From a virus, in IMG/VR virus record IMGVR_UViG_3300043788_000023, positions 105,609 through 169,608 of that record: a stretch of 64,000 bases of DNA. The stretch is one strand, 5' to 3'. A program made the position numbers and the translations under genes. The notes beneath the pieces are model-generated. The model had not been told where the DNA came from. It saw only the letters and a list, made by a program, of their open reading frames with translations, and did not search any database. This document shows positions 19,937 through 26,982 of the stretch, piece by piece; positions within the stretch are counted from its first letter, which is position 1, and every line of letters begins with the position of its first letter.

Positions 19937-20892
19937 CGAGCCACGACCGTCAACGCTCTGGCATCAAACGCGACGTTGTACACACCATCTTCGGATTCAA
20001 GCTTGACTCCCTGCTGGAAAAGGTTGACGTTATCCGGTGCAGTGATGCGCAGCGTTACGCCGTCAGGAAACGCTGGTGGTACTTCCCATGAGTAAGTCAC
20101 GCCGTGCGTGTCCGTCCCCTGCTTCGCATGTTCAAATGCTTCCTGCGCCCGGAGGTAAGCTGCAACGGTTCCGAACGGTGCGATCCACAGCCCTTTATCT
20201 TCCTGCGTCTTCATGTAGTCAAGCATCCCGGTGAATGTCTCAACCGGAATAGGTTCCCAACCGCTTTTCTCATCACCGATTCCGTGAATCTGGAGCACAG
20301 TCCAAGCGTTCTTGGACATGTCGGTATCCACCCAGCTTTTGTACGTGTCAAGCGTAGTCGCTGTCATGGTGACCTGCGACGGGATGTTGTAGAAGTCTGT
20401 GTTGTCTGCGGGCACGACGTAGAAGTTGTCAGACCATCCGGCACGAGCGGCGAAGTGGAATGACTTCACCCAGCCGTCCAGCCCCGGTGACGTCTCGCCG
20501 TATGGGTAAGCGAAAGTGTAAGTGCGCAGACCCATGTTGTCCATCAGGAAATGCACCGAGTCCTCAATCTGCTCCTCTGTGTTCTCGGCATCAAGCAGAT
20601 TCGGGTGCTCGTGAGTCATGGTGTGGCTGCCGATTTCCTCTCCGTTCGTCGCAGCTTTTTCCCAATCCTTGAAGCGGGACAGTTTGGAGATCAGGAGGTA
20701 GAAGGTGCCACGCATGTCACGCTTTTCAAGCTCCGGCACGGCGATGTCAAGCTGGCACGGGCGGGCGTCGTCAAACGTGAGCGACACGGCGGCCGTGTGA
20801 TTGTCCCACGGAAGGACTTTCAGCGTCGGCGCAGTTTGAGCTTGTGCCGAGACACACATCAGGGTCAGAAACAGCACTGCAAATAGTCTCAT
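19933..20892 (-). CDS. Secreted polysaccharide deacetylase (CE4/NodB)
   Basis: SLTFDD, EIGSHTMTH, FAYPYG. Start trimmed to the MRLFAVLF signal peptide. Confidence 0.88.
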   Translation of the reverse strand: MRLFAVLFLTLMCVSAQAQTAPTLKVLPWDNHTAAVSLTFDDARPCQLDIAVPELEKRDMRGTFYLLISKLSRFKDWEKAATNGEEIGSHTMTHEHPNLLDAENTEEQIEDSVHFLMDNMGLRTYTFAYPYGETSPGLDGWVKSFHFAARAGWSDNFYVVPADNTDFYNIPSQVTMTATTLDTYKSWVDTDMSKNAWTVLQIHGIGDEKSGWEPIPVETFTGMLDYMKTQEDKGLWIAPFGTVAAYLRAQEAFEHAKQGTDTHGVTYSWEVPPAFPDGVTLRITAPDNVNLFQQGVKLESEDGVYNVAFDARALTVVAR

Positions 20893-20936
20893 ACCAATAG
20901 TATACAGCCGAGTGTGCAAGTTTGGCTGGGTCATCG

Positions 20937-22634
20937 TCAGTTCTCCACCTGTAAGATGCTCGCCACGGACGGGATGCCGGACGAGTTCACAAGAAAAAGC
21001 ATGTAGTAGCCCGGAGGGGCTACGGAACCGTTGGGCGGCACGGTCGCGGTCAGCGAACCGGAGCCGGATGTGAAAGTCACGCCGACGTAGCGCTGATCGG
21101 TGTCAAACGAGTGCGTGTCAGCGCCAAGCTTCATCAGTACGACCGTCTTGATGTTGGTGTTCGGCGTTGCGATCTGAAAACTCTGACCGTAGTGCAACAC
21201 GGTCGGTGCGGTCGTGATAGTCGGGCGGGACGCCGGGGAACCATCCGGGTTCCAGAAGTACGGCGGTTGATACACTTCAATGTGATTGTCAAATTGTCCC
21301 TGCGCTGGATTGCTGCCCATGGAAACCACGGAACCGTCCGGCAGAAGCAGCGCCGTGTTGTGGTAGAGCCGGGCGTAAGCCTGCGTCCCTGCGGGGCTGA
21401 ACGAATCCGTCGCCGGGTCATAGATTTCCGCATCCAGCGATGCAGTCGCCGGGTCTTCGTCGTTCGCAGAACCAGCCATCGTCAGCACTTTTCCGTTCGG
21501 TAGAAGGACAGCTTGCATTTCAATGCGTCCCAGCTTCATGTTGCTTTTGCTGTAGACCCAAGCCGGATTCGGCTGGCTGAGGTCAATGGTTTCCACGGTG
21601 TTCGTCGCCGGGTCGTTCCCGCCGAACGTGACGACCGTTGGCTTGTACGTGGGCGGCACGAGCGGAAGCAGAACAGCGGAGCCGTAGGTGCGGATGCCCG
21701 TGTAGTTCGTCTTGGCAACTTCGTTCCAGACCGTGGGGTTCGCTGGGTCAAACATGTAGGATTGCACATCAGGTCCAGCGTAGAAGACCTTACCGTTCGG
21801 CAGCAGGAACATGCGTGGATAAAGCTGCGGATAGAAGCCGTTGTCAACTGTTCCGTTCAGCGCAGGGTTCGTGGCGAAGTACGGGTCGTTGAAGTCCCAG
21901 CCGTTCGCCGCGCTGTAGAATTCCACGGTGTTGTTGTCCAGTGCGTTCTGATCTTGTCCGCCGAATACCATCATGCGTCCGTCGCCTAGTTCAACCACGG
22001 TCGGGTACCAGCGCCCATCCACCATCGGAAGGTCGGTGTCCGTAAAAGTCGTTGTGTTCGGGTCATAGATCGTTGCGTTTGAGGAACCAAGAAACTGGTC
22101 ATCCGCAACGGTGGAGGCGTTTCTTGCCACCTTGTGCCCCGGCATCCGTTCGGAAGTATTTGTCGCTGCGCCCGGTGCGCGTTCAGGTTGACTGTGCCCC
22201 ATCGCCCGCATCATTGCGGCGACTGTGCCGCCAGCGTAACTCTGCGTGCCTCCTGCGACGAACAGCCGCCCGTCAGGCAGGTGGGCAGCGCCATTGCAGA
22301 AGATGTCCCAGCTAGTGGTGGGAATGGTCGTGATGGTCTGCTTGATTGGATCAAGAACCGCCGCCGTGTACTGTGCGGGTGTGGTCGGGCATCCGGCTTG
22401 CGTCGGCGGGCAGTTGCCGGAGCCTTGGAGAGTCACTACCGTGCCGTCCGGCATCAGCGCCGCATGAATCGGATTGATCGGCATGGAGGCCGGGACGGTA
22501 TTCCACACGCCGTCAGGATGTGGCGTGTACGTTGGGGGAGGCGGGGGCGGTGTGCCGGGATCGGAAGTCTGCATAGACCCACCGCCGCAGGCTGTCAAGC
22601 ACAATAGAGGGAGCAATGCCAGAAAGCGTCTCAT
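20937..22634 (-). CDS. Galactose/glyoxal-oxidase-like copper radical oxidase lipoprotein (AA5, DUF1929 C-terminus)
   Basis: Lipobox LTAC; DIFCNG, RWYPT, RLYHN, THSF copper/cofactor residues; APPGYYMLF. Confidence 0.9.
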   Translation of the reverse strand: MRRFLALLPLLCLTACGGGSMQTSDPGTPPPPPPTYTPHPDGVWNTVPASMPINPIHAALMPDGTVVTLQGSGNCPPTQAGCPTTPAQYTAAVLDPIKQTITTIPTTSWDIFCNGAAHLPDGRLFVAGGTQSYAGGTVAAMMRAMGHSQPERAPGAATNTSERMPGHKVARNASTVADDQFLGSSNATIYDPNTTTFTDTDLPMVDGRWYPTVVELGDGRMMVFGGQDQNALDNNTVEFYSAANGWDFNDPYFATNPALNGTVDNGFYPQLYPRMFLLPNGKVFYAGPDVQSYMFDPANPTVWNEVAKTNYTGIRTYGSAVLLPLVPPTYKPTVVTFGGNDPATNTVETIDLSQPNPAWVYSKSNMKLGRIEMQAVLLPNGKVLTMAGSANDEDPATASLDAEIYDPATDSFSPAGTQAYARLYHNTALLLPDGSVVSMGSNPAQGQFDNHIEVYQPPYFWNPDGSPASRPTITTAPTVLHYGQSFQIATPNTNIKTVVLMKLGADTHSFDTDQRYVGVTFTSGSGSLTATVPPNGSVAPPGYYMLFLVNSSGIPSVASILQVEN

Positions 22635-22723
22635 GCTGGTTTAGATGCTCGGCAAGGTAAGAATGACGTGTTCTTGGTACATTTTTCACGGAACTTTCAG
22701 TAACATAGGTAGGGGAGAACACT

Positions 22724-23584
22724 ATGATTTCTTGGATTATCGCAGCAGCCGTAACCGCAGGAACAGGCGGAGGTTACGCCGTCTATCGTGCCAAAAAGAA
22801 AAAGCCGACCCCGGCACCCGTCCCGAAACCGACGCCACCGCCCCCACCAGCCCCCAAGCCCGTGCCTACACCTACTCCCAATCCGACGCCGACTTTTGAG
22901 GATGATTTCAGCAGCGGTACCCTGTCATCAAACTGGCGTGTATCAAACTGGACAGCGCCAGGTAACGTCGCAGGTGCGAACGTCGGCACCTTCATCCCCG
23001 CAAACGTTGATCTGAGCCAAGGTTGCCTGTGTCTCAAGTTGCAGCAGACCAAGAACGCCGATGGCTCCGTGTCCTCGGTCGGTGGTGAGATTCAGCTTAA
23101 CCAACTCTGCGGGTACGGCACGTACGTCTACGACATGCGTGCATCGTCAACGAGCGCCACGGTGTCCGGCGCAGGATCGGCCGTCAACGGTCAGATAAGC
23201 TCGGGATTCAACTACCTGCCGGATGCGAACTACAACTCAATCACCGAAATTGATGCGCCCGAGATTGAAGGGCAGCACCCGAACCAAATCTCCTACACGG
23301 TGTGGAACAACCAAGTGTCGGAAGACACCAGCGCTGTTCCGATTCTTTCGCCGGATGCCCAGTTCCACGAATACAAGTTCCAGTGGTTCGCTGGGAGCGT
23401 GAAGTTCTTCCTTGACGGTCAGCTTGTCTACACGGCTACGACGAACATCCCGGCGCAAGCCGCCTACATGATGTTCAATCATTGGGGAACGAACAGCACG
23501 AACTGGGGTGGTCTTGCGACACCGGGCGTCGACCGTTTCATGTACGTGAAGAATTTTAAGTTTTACGCGAACGCTGCTGTCTGA
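22724..23584 (+). CDS. Membrane-anchored GH16 glycoside hydrolase
   Basis: N-terminal anchor and Pro linker; EIDAPEIEG catalytic motif; FHEY...W....V.F..DG. Confidence 0.8.
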   Translation: MISWIIAAAVTAGTGGGYAVYRAKKKKPTPAPVPKPTPPPPPAPKPVPTPTPNPTPTFEDDFSSGTLSSNWRVSNWTAPGNVAGANVGTFIPANVDLSQGCLCLKLQQTKNADGSVSSVGGEIQLNQLCGYGTYVYDMRASSTSATVSGAGSAVNGQISSGFNYLPDANYNSITEIDAPEIEGQHPNQISYTVWNNQVSEDTSAVPILSPDAQFHEYKFQWFAGSVKFFLDGQLVYTATTNIPAQAAYMMFNHWGTNSTNWGGLATPGVDRFMYVKNFKFYANAAV

Positions 23585-23922
23585 AGAGTCAAGGGGTGAT
23601 GCTCTTTGACATGGCAGTTCTTGCAAAGAACTTCGCACTTCGCAATCTCGGCTAATATGCGTTCTTTACTCCAGCCGTTGTTGGCGGCCTGTGCTAGATT
23701 CGTGTCTTTCTGCGTTGGGTCTAAGTGGTGGAAATCTAAACAAGCCCAGTGGGTTTCTGGGCAACGATTACACTTCAGCGTCTTTAACTCATGAAACCAC
23801 GCCACAAGTTCGTTGCGGCGCTGGGCAATTTCAGCCCGACGCTTACGCTGGTTTTTAGCATACCAGCGCTTGTTAAAGCGACGATTATAGGTCTTCTTTT
23901 TTGCTTGGTTCTTGAATGGCAC
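23563..23922 (-). CDS. HNH endonuclease
   Basis: C..C...LDFHH.DP..K...E..KC.VLC.NCH..EH. The real start is probably GTG at 23922, because the longer ORF overlaps a tRNA. Confidence 0.85.
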   Translation of the reverse strand: MPFKNQAKKKTYNRRFNKRWYAKNQRKRRAEIAQRRNELVAWFHELKTLKCNRCPETHWACLDFHHLDPTQKDTNLAQAANNGWSKERILAEIAKCEVLCKNCHVKEHHPLTLQTAAFA

Positions 23923-23934
23923 CAAGTTTAATAC

Positions 23935-24019
23935 TGGCTGGGAAGGCAGGATTCTAACCTGCAAGCCTTGCGGCACCAGTTTCAAGGACTGGCGTGTTTA
24001 ACAATTCCACCACTTCCCA
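23935..24019 (-). tRNA. Atypical tRNA, anticodon TTG (Gln-type acceptor, long variable arm, C33)
   Basis: TGGGAAG/CTTCCCA-GCCA acceptor; CCAGT-CCTTGAA-ACTGG; variable arm GCCGCAAGGC; T loop TTAGAAT. Confidence 0.75.
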
Positions 24020-24025
24020 AGAGAT

Positions 24026-24099
24026 TGGCTGGGAGACTAGGATTCGGACCTAGACTTCTTGGTTCAGAGCCAAGCGTGTTGCCGTTACACTATCTCCCA
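24026..24099 (-). tRNA. tRNA-Gln(CTG)
   Basis: TGGGAGA...CTTGG-CTCTGAA-CCAAG...TCTCCCAGCCA. Confidence 0.92.
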
Positions 24100-24108
24100 A
24101 AAGAAAGT

Positions 24109-24182
24109 TGGCTGGGAGACCTGGATTCGAACCAGGATAGCAGGGTCCAAAGTCCTGCGTCCTACCGTTGGACGATCTCCCA
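24109..24182 (-). tRNA. tRNA-Gln(TTG)
   Basis: TGGGAGA...CAGGA-CTTTGGA-CCCTG...GGTTCGAATCC...CCCAGCCA. Confidence 0.92.
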
Positions 24183-24191
24183 AAAGAAAAT

Positions 24192-24267
24192 TGGAGCTAC
24201 CAGAGGGCATCGAACCCCCAACCTCCGCATTACAGGTGCGGCGCTCTGCCAATTGAGCTATGGTAGC
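24192..24267 (-). tRNA. tRNA-Thr(TGT), C33 variant
   Basis: GCTACCA...CCGCA-CCTGTAA-TGCGG...TGGTAGCTCCA. Confidence 0.9.
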
Positions 24268-24276
24268 GAAAATTTT

Positions 24277-24513
24277 TTACTTGCAGCAGCGCCCGTTCAT
24301 CGGATGCTGGGCTTCAGGCACCGGGTAGACCGTTGCGCCCTTGTGCTCCTCGCAGGGCCAAACGTGTTCGCTTCCGTCTCGTGCCAACCACTTGATGCCG
24401 TACTGCTCCAGCGGATTGACGACCGCCTCTACCGCCAGTTCCACGTCCCCGATCACGACCTTCTTGCCCATGAGCAGGTTCATCGCCTGCTCGCCGTTCA
24501 ACTTGATTTCCAT
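24277..24513 (-). CDS. Small hypothetical protein embedded in the tRNA operon
   Basis: MEIKLNGEQ... 78 aa with a GGGAG SD; fills the gap between two Thr tRNAs. Confidence 0.6.
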   Translation of the reverse strand: MEIKLNGEQAMNLLMGKKVVIGDVELAVEAVVNPLEQYGIKWLARDGSEHVWPCEEHKGATVYPVPEAQHPMNGRCCK

Positions 24514-24528
24514 TTCATCTCCCGAACT

Positions 24529-24604
24529 TGGAGCTACCGGGTGGATTCGAACCACCGACCTCCCCCTTACCAAGGGGGCATTCTACCAACTGAACTACGG
24601 CAGC
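24529..24604 (-). tRNA. tRNA-Thr(GGT)
   Basis: GCTGCCG...CCCCC-TTGGTAA-GGGGG...CGGTAGCTCCA. Confidence 0.93.
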
Positions 24605-24615
24605 AAACTTAAACT

Positions 24616-24691
24616 TGGAGCTACCGGAGGGCCTCGAACCCCCGACCTCCGCATTACGGGTGCGGCGCTCTACCAACTGAGCTACGGTAGC
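24616..24691 (-). tRNA. tRNA-Thr(CGT), C33 variant
   Basis: GCTACCG...CCGCA-CCCGTAA-TGCGG...CGGTAGCTCCA. Confidence 0.9.
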
Positions 24692-24702
24692 ACTACAAAA
24701 AT

Positions 24703-24777
24703 TGGTACCCATGGAGGGATTCGAACCCCCATAACACGCCTATCGAGCGTGCGTCCTAGCCGTTGGACGACACGGGT
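24703..24777 (-). tRNA. Atypical tRNA with GAT (Ile) anticodon, C33/G38 and a Glu/Gln-like D arm
   Basis: ACCCGTG/CATGGGT-ACCA; TCGTCCAACGGCTAGGAC; CACGC-TCGATAG-GCGTG. Confidence 0.75.
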
Positions 24778-24789
24778 AAAACAAAATCG

Positions 24790-24941
24790 TGGTGGAGCGT
24801 GCGGGATTCGAACCCGCTTCGGTACCAAACGATCTCAAGCCCATCCAGCTTCGGATTTTTGCCCGTCGCCTTCAACTGCTCGCTTGCGATCCGGGGAGTC
24901 GAACCCCGCGTGAGTCGTCGCTCTAGCCTCCAAGCCGCCCC
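24790..24941 (-). ncRNA. 152-nt tRNA-like RNA with an Ala-type G3-U70 acceptor and two T-loop arms
   Basis: 5' GGGGCG pairs with CGCTCC-ACCA; internal GCGGGGTTCGACTCCCCG and terminal GCGGGTTCGAATCCCGC. Confidence 0.65.
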
Positions 24942-24950
24942 ACAGAAATT

Positions 24951-25026
24951 TGGTAGGCGCGACTGGGATCGAACCAGTGACCTCAGTCTTATCAGGACTG
25001 CGCTCTGCCAACTGAGCTACGCGCCT
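24951..25026 (-). tRNA. tRNA-Ile(GAT)
   Basis: AGGCGCG...CAGTC-CTGATAA-GACTG...CGCGCCTACCA; canonical cloverleaf. Confidence 0.95.
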
Positions 25027-25039
25027 TCAAAACGTGCCT

Positions 25040-25077
25040 AAAAACAAAAAAGCCGACCACTTGTTGCTTGGTCGGCT
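25040..25077 (-). terminator. Attenuator terminator upstream of the tRNA operon
   Basis: AGCCGACCA-AGCAACAAG-TGGTCGGCT followed by TTTTTGTTTTT, just before the first tRNA. Confidence 0.85.
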
Positions 25078-25105
25078 GCTAACGTCCTGAATTTGCTGGG
25101 CTTAC

Positions 25106-25195
25106 TTAGTCTTTGAAGCCCTCAGACACGTCAACGGACCGACCGCATGTAATTCGTTGCGTCGTCGTAGTTCGCGTTGTAGGTGTCTGGTTCAT
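25106..25195 (-). CDS. Thr/Gln/Ile-rich attenuator leader peptide (MNQTPTTRTTTTQRITCGRSVDVSEGFKD)
   Basis: 29 codons, 8 Thr among the first 16; overlaps the 5' strand of an antiterminator hairpin. Confidence 0.8.
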   Translation of the reverse strand: MNQTPTTRTTTTQRITCGRSVDVSEGFKD

Positions 25196-25211
25196 GATCT
25201 TTTCTTTGTGT

Positions 25212-25246
25212 TGGCTGGGAGTCTCCGGTTTTACCAAAGACTCCCA
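25212..25246 (-). ncRNA. CCA-ended minihelix with a tRNA-Gln-like acceptor
   Basis: TGGGAGTCTTTGGT-AAA-ACCGGAGACTCCCA-GCCA. Confidence 0.65.
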
Positions 25247-25248
25247 AC

Positions 25249-25282
25249 TGGAGCCGAAACTCAGCTTTCGCTAACCTTCGGC
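25249..25282 (-). ncRNA. CCA-ended minihelix with a tRNA-Thr-like acceptor
   Basis: GCCGAAG-G-TTAGC-GAAA-GCTGA-G-TTTCGGC-TCCA. Confidence 0.65.
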
Positions 25283-25284
25283 AT

Positions 25285-25318
25285 TGGTGGAGAACCTCAG
25301 ATTTCGCTGCGATTCTCC
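25285..25318 (-). ncRNA. CCA-ended minihelix (A73, identity unclear)
   Basis: GGAGAATC-G-CAG-CGAAAT-CTG-A-GGTTCTCC-ACCA. Confidence 0.6.
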
Positions 25319-25327
25319 GTCTTGATT

Positions 25328-25356
25328 ATATTACTGGAAGTCCAGAAATATGTCAA
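25328..25356 (-). promoter_or_regulatory. sigma70 promoter of the minihelix-leader-tRNA transcript
   Basis: TTGACA-17 nt-TAATAT, with an overlapping TATAAT 3 nt further on. Confidence 0.75.
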
Positions 25357-25375
25357 GGTTATTTTCGCAGCGCCT

Positions 25376-25579
25376 TTAGACGGCTGTGACGCGTTCGGCT
25401 TGGAGACCCTTGGGTCCCTTGACCACTTCAAACTCAACTGCTGCGCCTTCGTCAAGGCTCTTGTAGCCCTCGCTCTGGATCGCCGAGAAATGTACGAATA
25501 CATCCTCGCCAGTCTGACGGGTGATAAAGCCATAGCCCTTTGCTGCGTTAAACCACTTCACGGTACCTTGTTCTGCCAT
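25376..25579 (-). CDS. cspA: Cold-shock protein
   Basis: [29 protein letters not shown]. Confidence 0.97.
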   Translation of the reverse strand: MAEQGTVKWFNAAKGYGFITRQTGEDVFVHFSAIQSEGYKSLDEGAAVEFEVVKGPKGLQAERVTAV

Positions 25580-25688
25580 TTTGTTTCCTTTGATTGGATT
25601 GCTGAGAAAGTCTTTTGCGGGAGGGGTAAGCCTACAGCGGAGATCAGTTCTACCAGCTACTACACTATAATACCGAAAGTTGGGAAAG

Positions 25689-26590
25689 TCAAGCCTTGAT
25701 TAGCGGTAGTTCCTCGGGCATGATCCCGAAGGTGTCCCACCAGAACTCGGGCTGTTTGTCCCCGTTGTTCCGAAAATAGCGTCGGCCTTCACGCAGGGAC
25801 TTCTCCATGCGACCACGTTCCCCATCCATCCAGCCCATAAACGAACATTCCACGCCCTGCGGGTTGAGACGCATGAATCGCCGGATCAGGCGACGGCAGA
25901 CGTAGTTCCTGCCCCTGTTGCCCGGCACGATGTCCTGCTCGCGGAACACGCACAGGGTGCGGAAATGGTCGCGGGACACCGGGTCTAGGTCCTGCCGGAA
26001 GAGGCTCGTCTCGTCCACGCGGCTTTTGCCTTCCACGATCTGAAGCATGCGCTCGTAGCCGAAGCCCACGTCCACGGAGTGCCCCATCGGGTTCACGAGA
26101 TTGCCTACTTCAAGCCCCTCCGGCGTGAACAGTTCCGAGCAGTAGCCGCCCACGGTGCCGTCCGACCAGACGCAATCCGGGTCGTGGCACACGGGGAAGA
26201 CTCCGTTCCAGTGCCGCTCAAAGCCGGACTCCGGGTGGATGTTTACGTGGGAGATCGGGATGCCGAGGTCGCGGACGATGCCCGTCCACATGTCGCAGTG
26301 CCGCTGGTAGTCGTCCGTGCCGAAGCCGAAGCTACCGACCATCTGGAAGAAGGTCAGGTGCGTGCCGTCGCCGACCTCGTCGATGTCATTGGTGCGGACG
26401 CAGTGCTGGATGTTGCCGTGGCTGGTGCCGTCCGGTGTCTGGAACCTTGGCTTGAGTGGCTGCATCCCCGCGCTGATGAAAAGCGTGGTGGGGTCGTTCT
26501 CGGGGATTATGTTGGTGCTTGGTTCAAAGGGGAGACCGTTCTCGCTGAAGTGGCGTCGAAGGGTCTCGTTTAGGCGTCCCGCTGTGACAT
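25689..26590 (-). CDS. alaS: Truncated alanyl-tRNA synthetase (catalytic domain only); N-terminus out of frame with the SD-equipped ATG
   Basis: [69 protein letters not shown]. No editing or C-Ala domains. Confidence 0.8.
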
Positions 26591-26619
26591 GGCATCCTCC
26601 TACCCTATGATACCAGAAG

Positions 26620-26982
26620 TTAAGAGACTATGGCGGCTTTTCGTCTCGTCAAGTTAAAGGTTTCGCGCACACCCTTGAATGAGACTTCAACCTGTTTAGC
26701 TTGGGACAATAGAGCCTCAAGCACGCGCTCACAGGTACCAGAGTCGCCGTACAAAATCTCCCAGTGAACGTACCCGGCTTTCAACTCTGCCGAAGGACGG
26801 CAAGTTTGAAGATGGCTGACATCAGACGGGAGCAACCGAGGCAACACCACTTGCACGCTGTATACTTCAGCGCGTGAGGAGTTGGCGATAAGAGCGATGA
26901 TACGCTCTTTAAGCTCAAACCGTGTTAGCTCCGGCAGTTGACCGCTCATAAGTTCCCCTGTAAAGGGTTCTAATACGCTCAT
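26620..26982 (-). CDS. Hypothetical protein coupled to the kinase gene
   Basis: 120-aa ORF; ATGA overlap with 26979..27767. Confidence 0.55.
   Translation of the reverse strand: MSVLEPFTGELMSGQLPELTRFELKERIIALIANSSRAEVYSVQVVLPRLLPSDVSHLQTCRPSAELKAGYVHWEILYGDSGTCERVLEALLSQAKQVEVSFKGVRETFNLTRRKAAIVS

Noticed and set aside
23968-25041. Plus-strand ORFs 23968..24612, 24341..24913 and 24763..25041
   Set aside because: They are antisense to tRNA genes and are translation artefacts.
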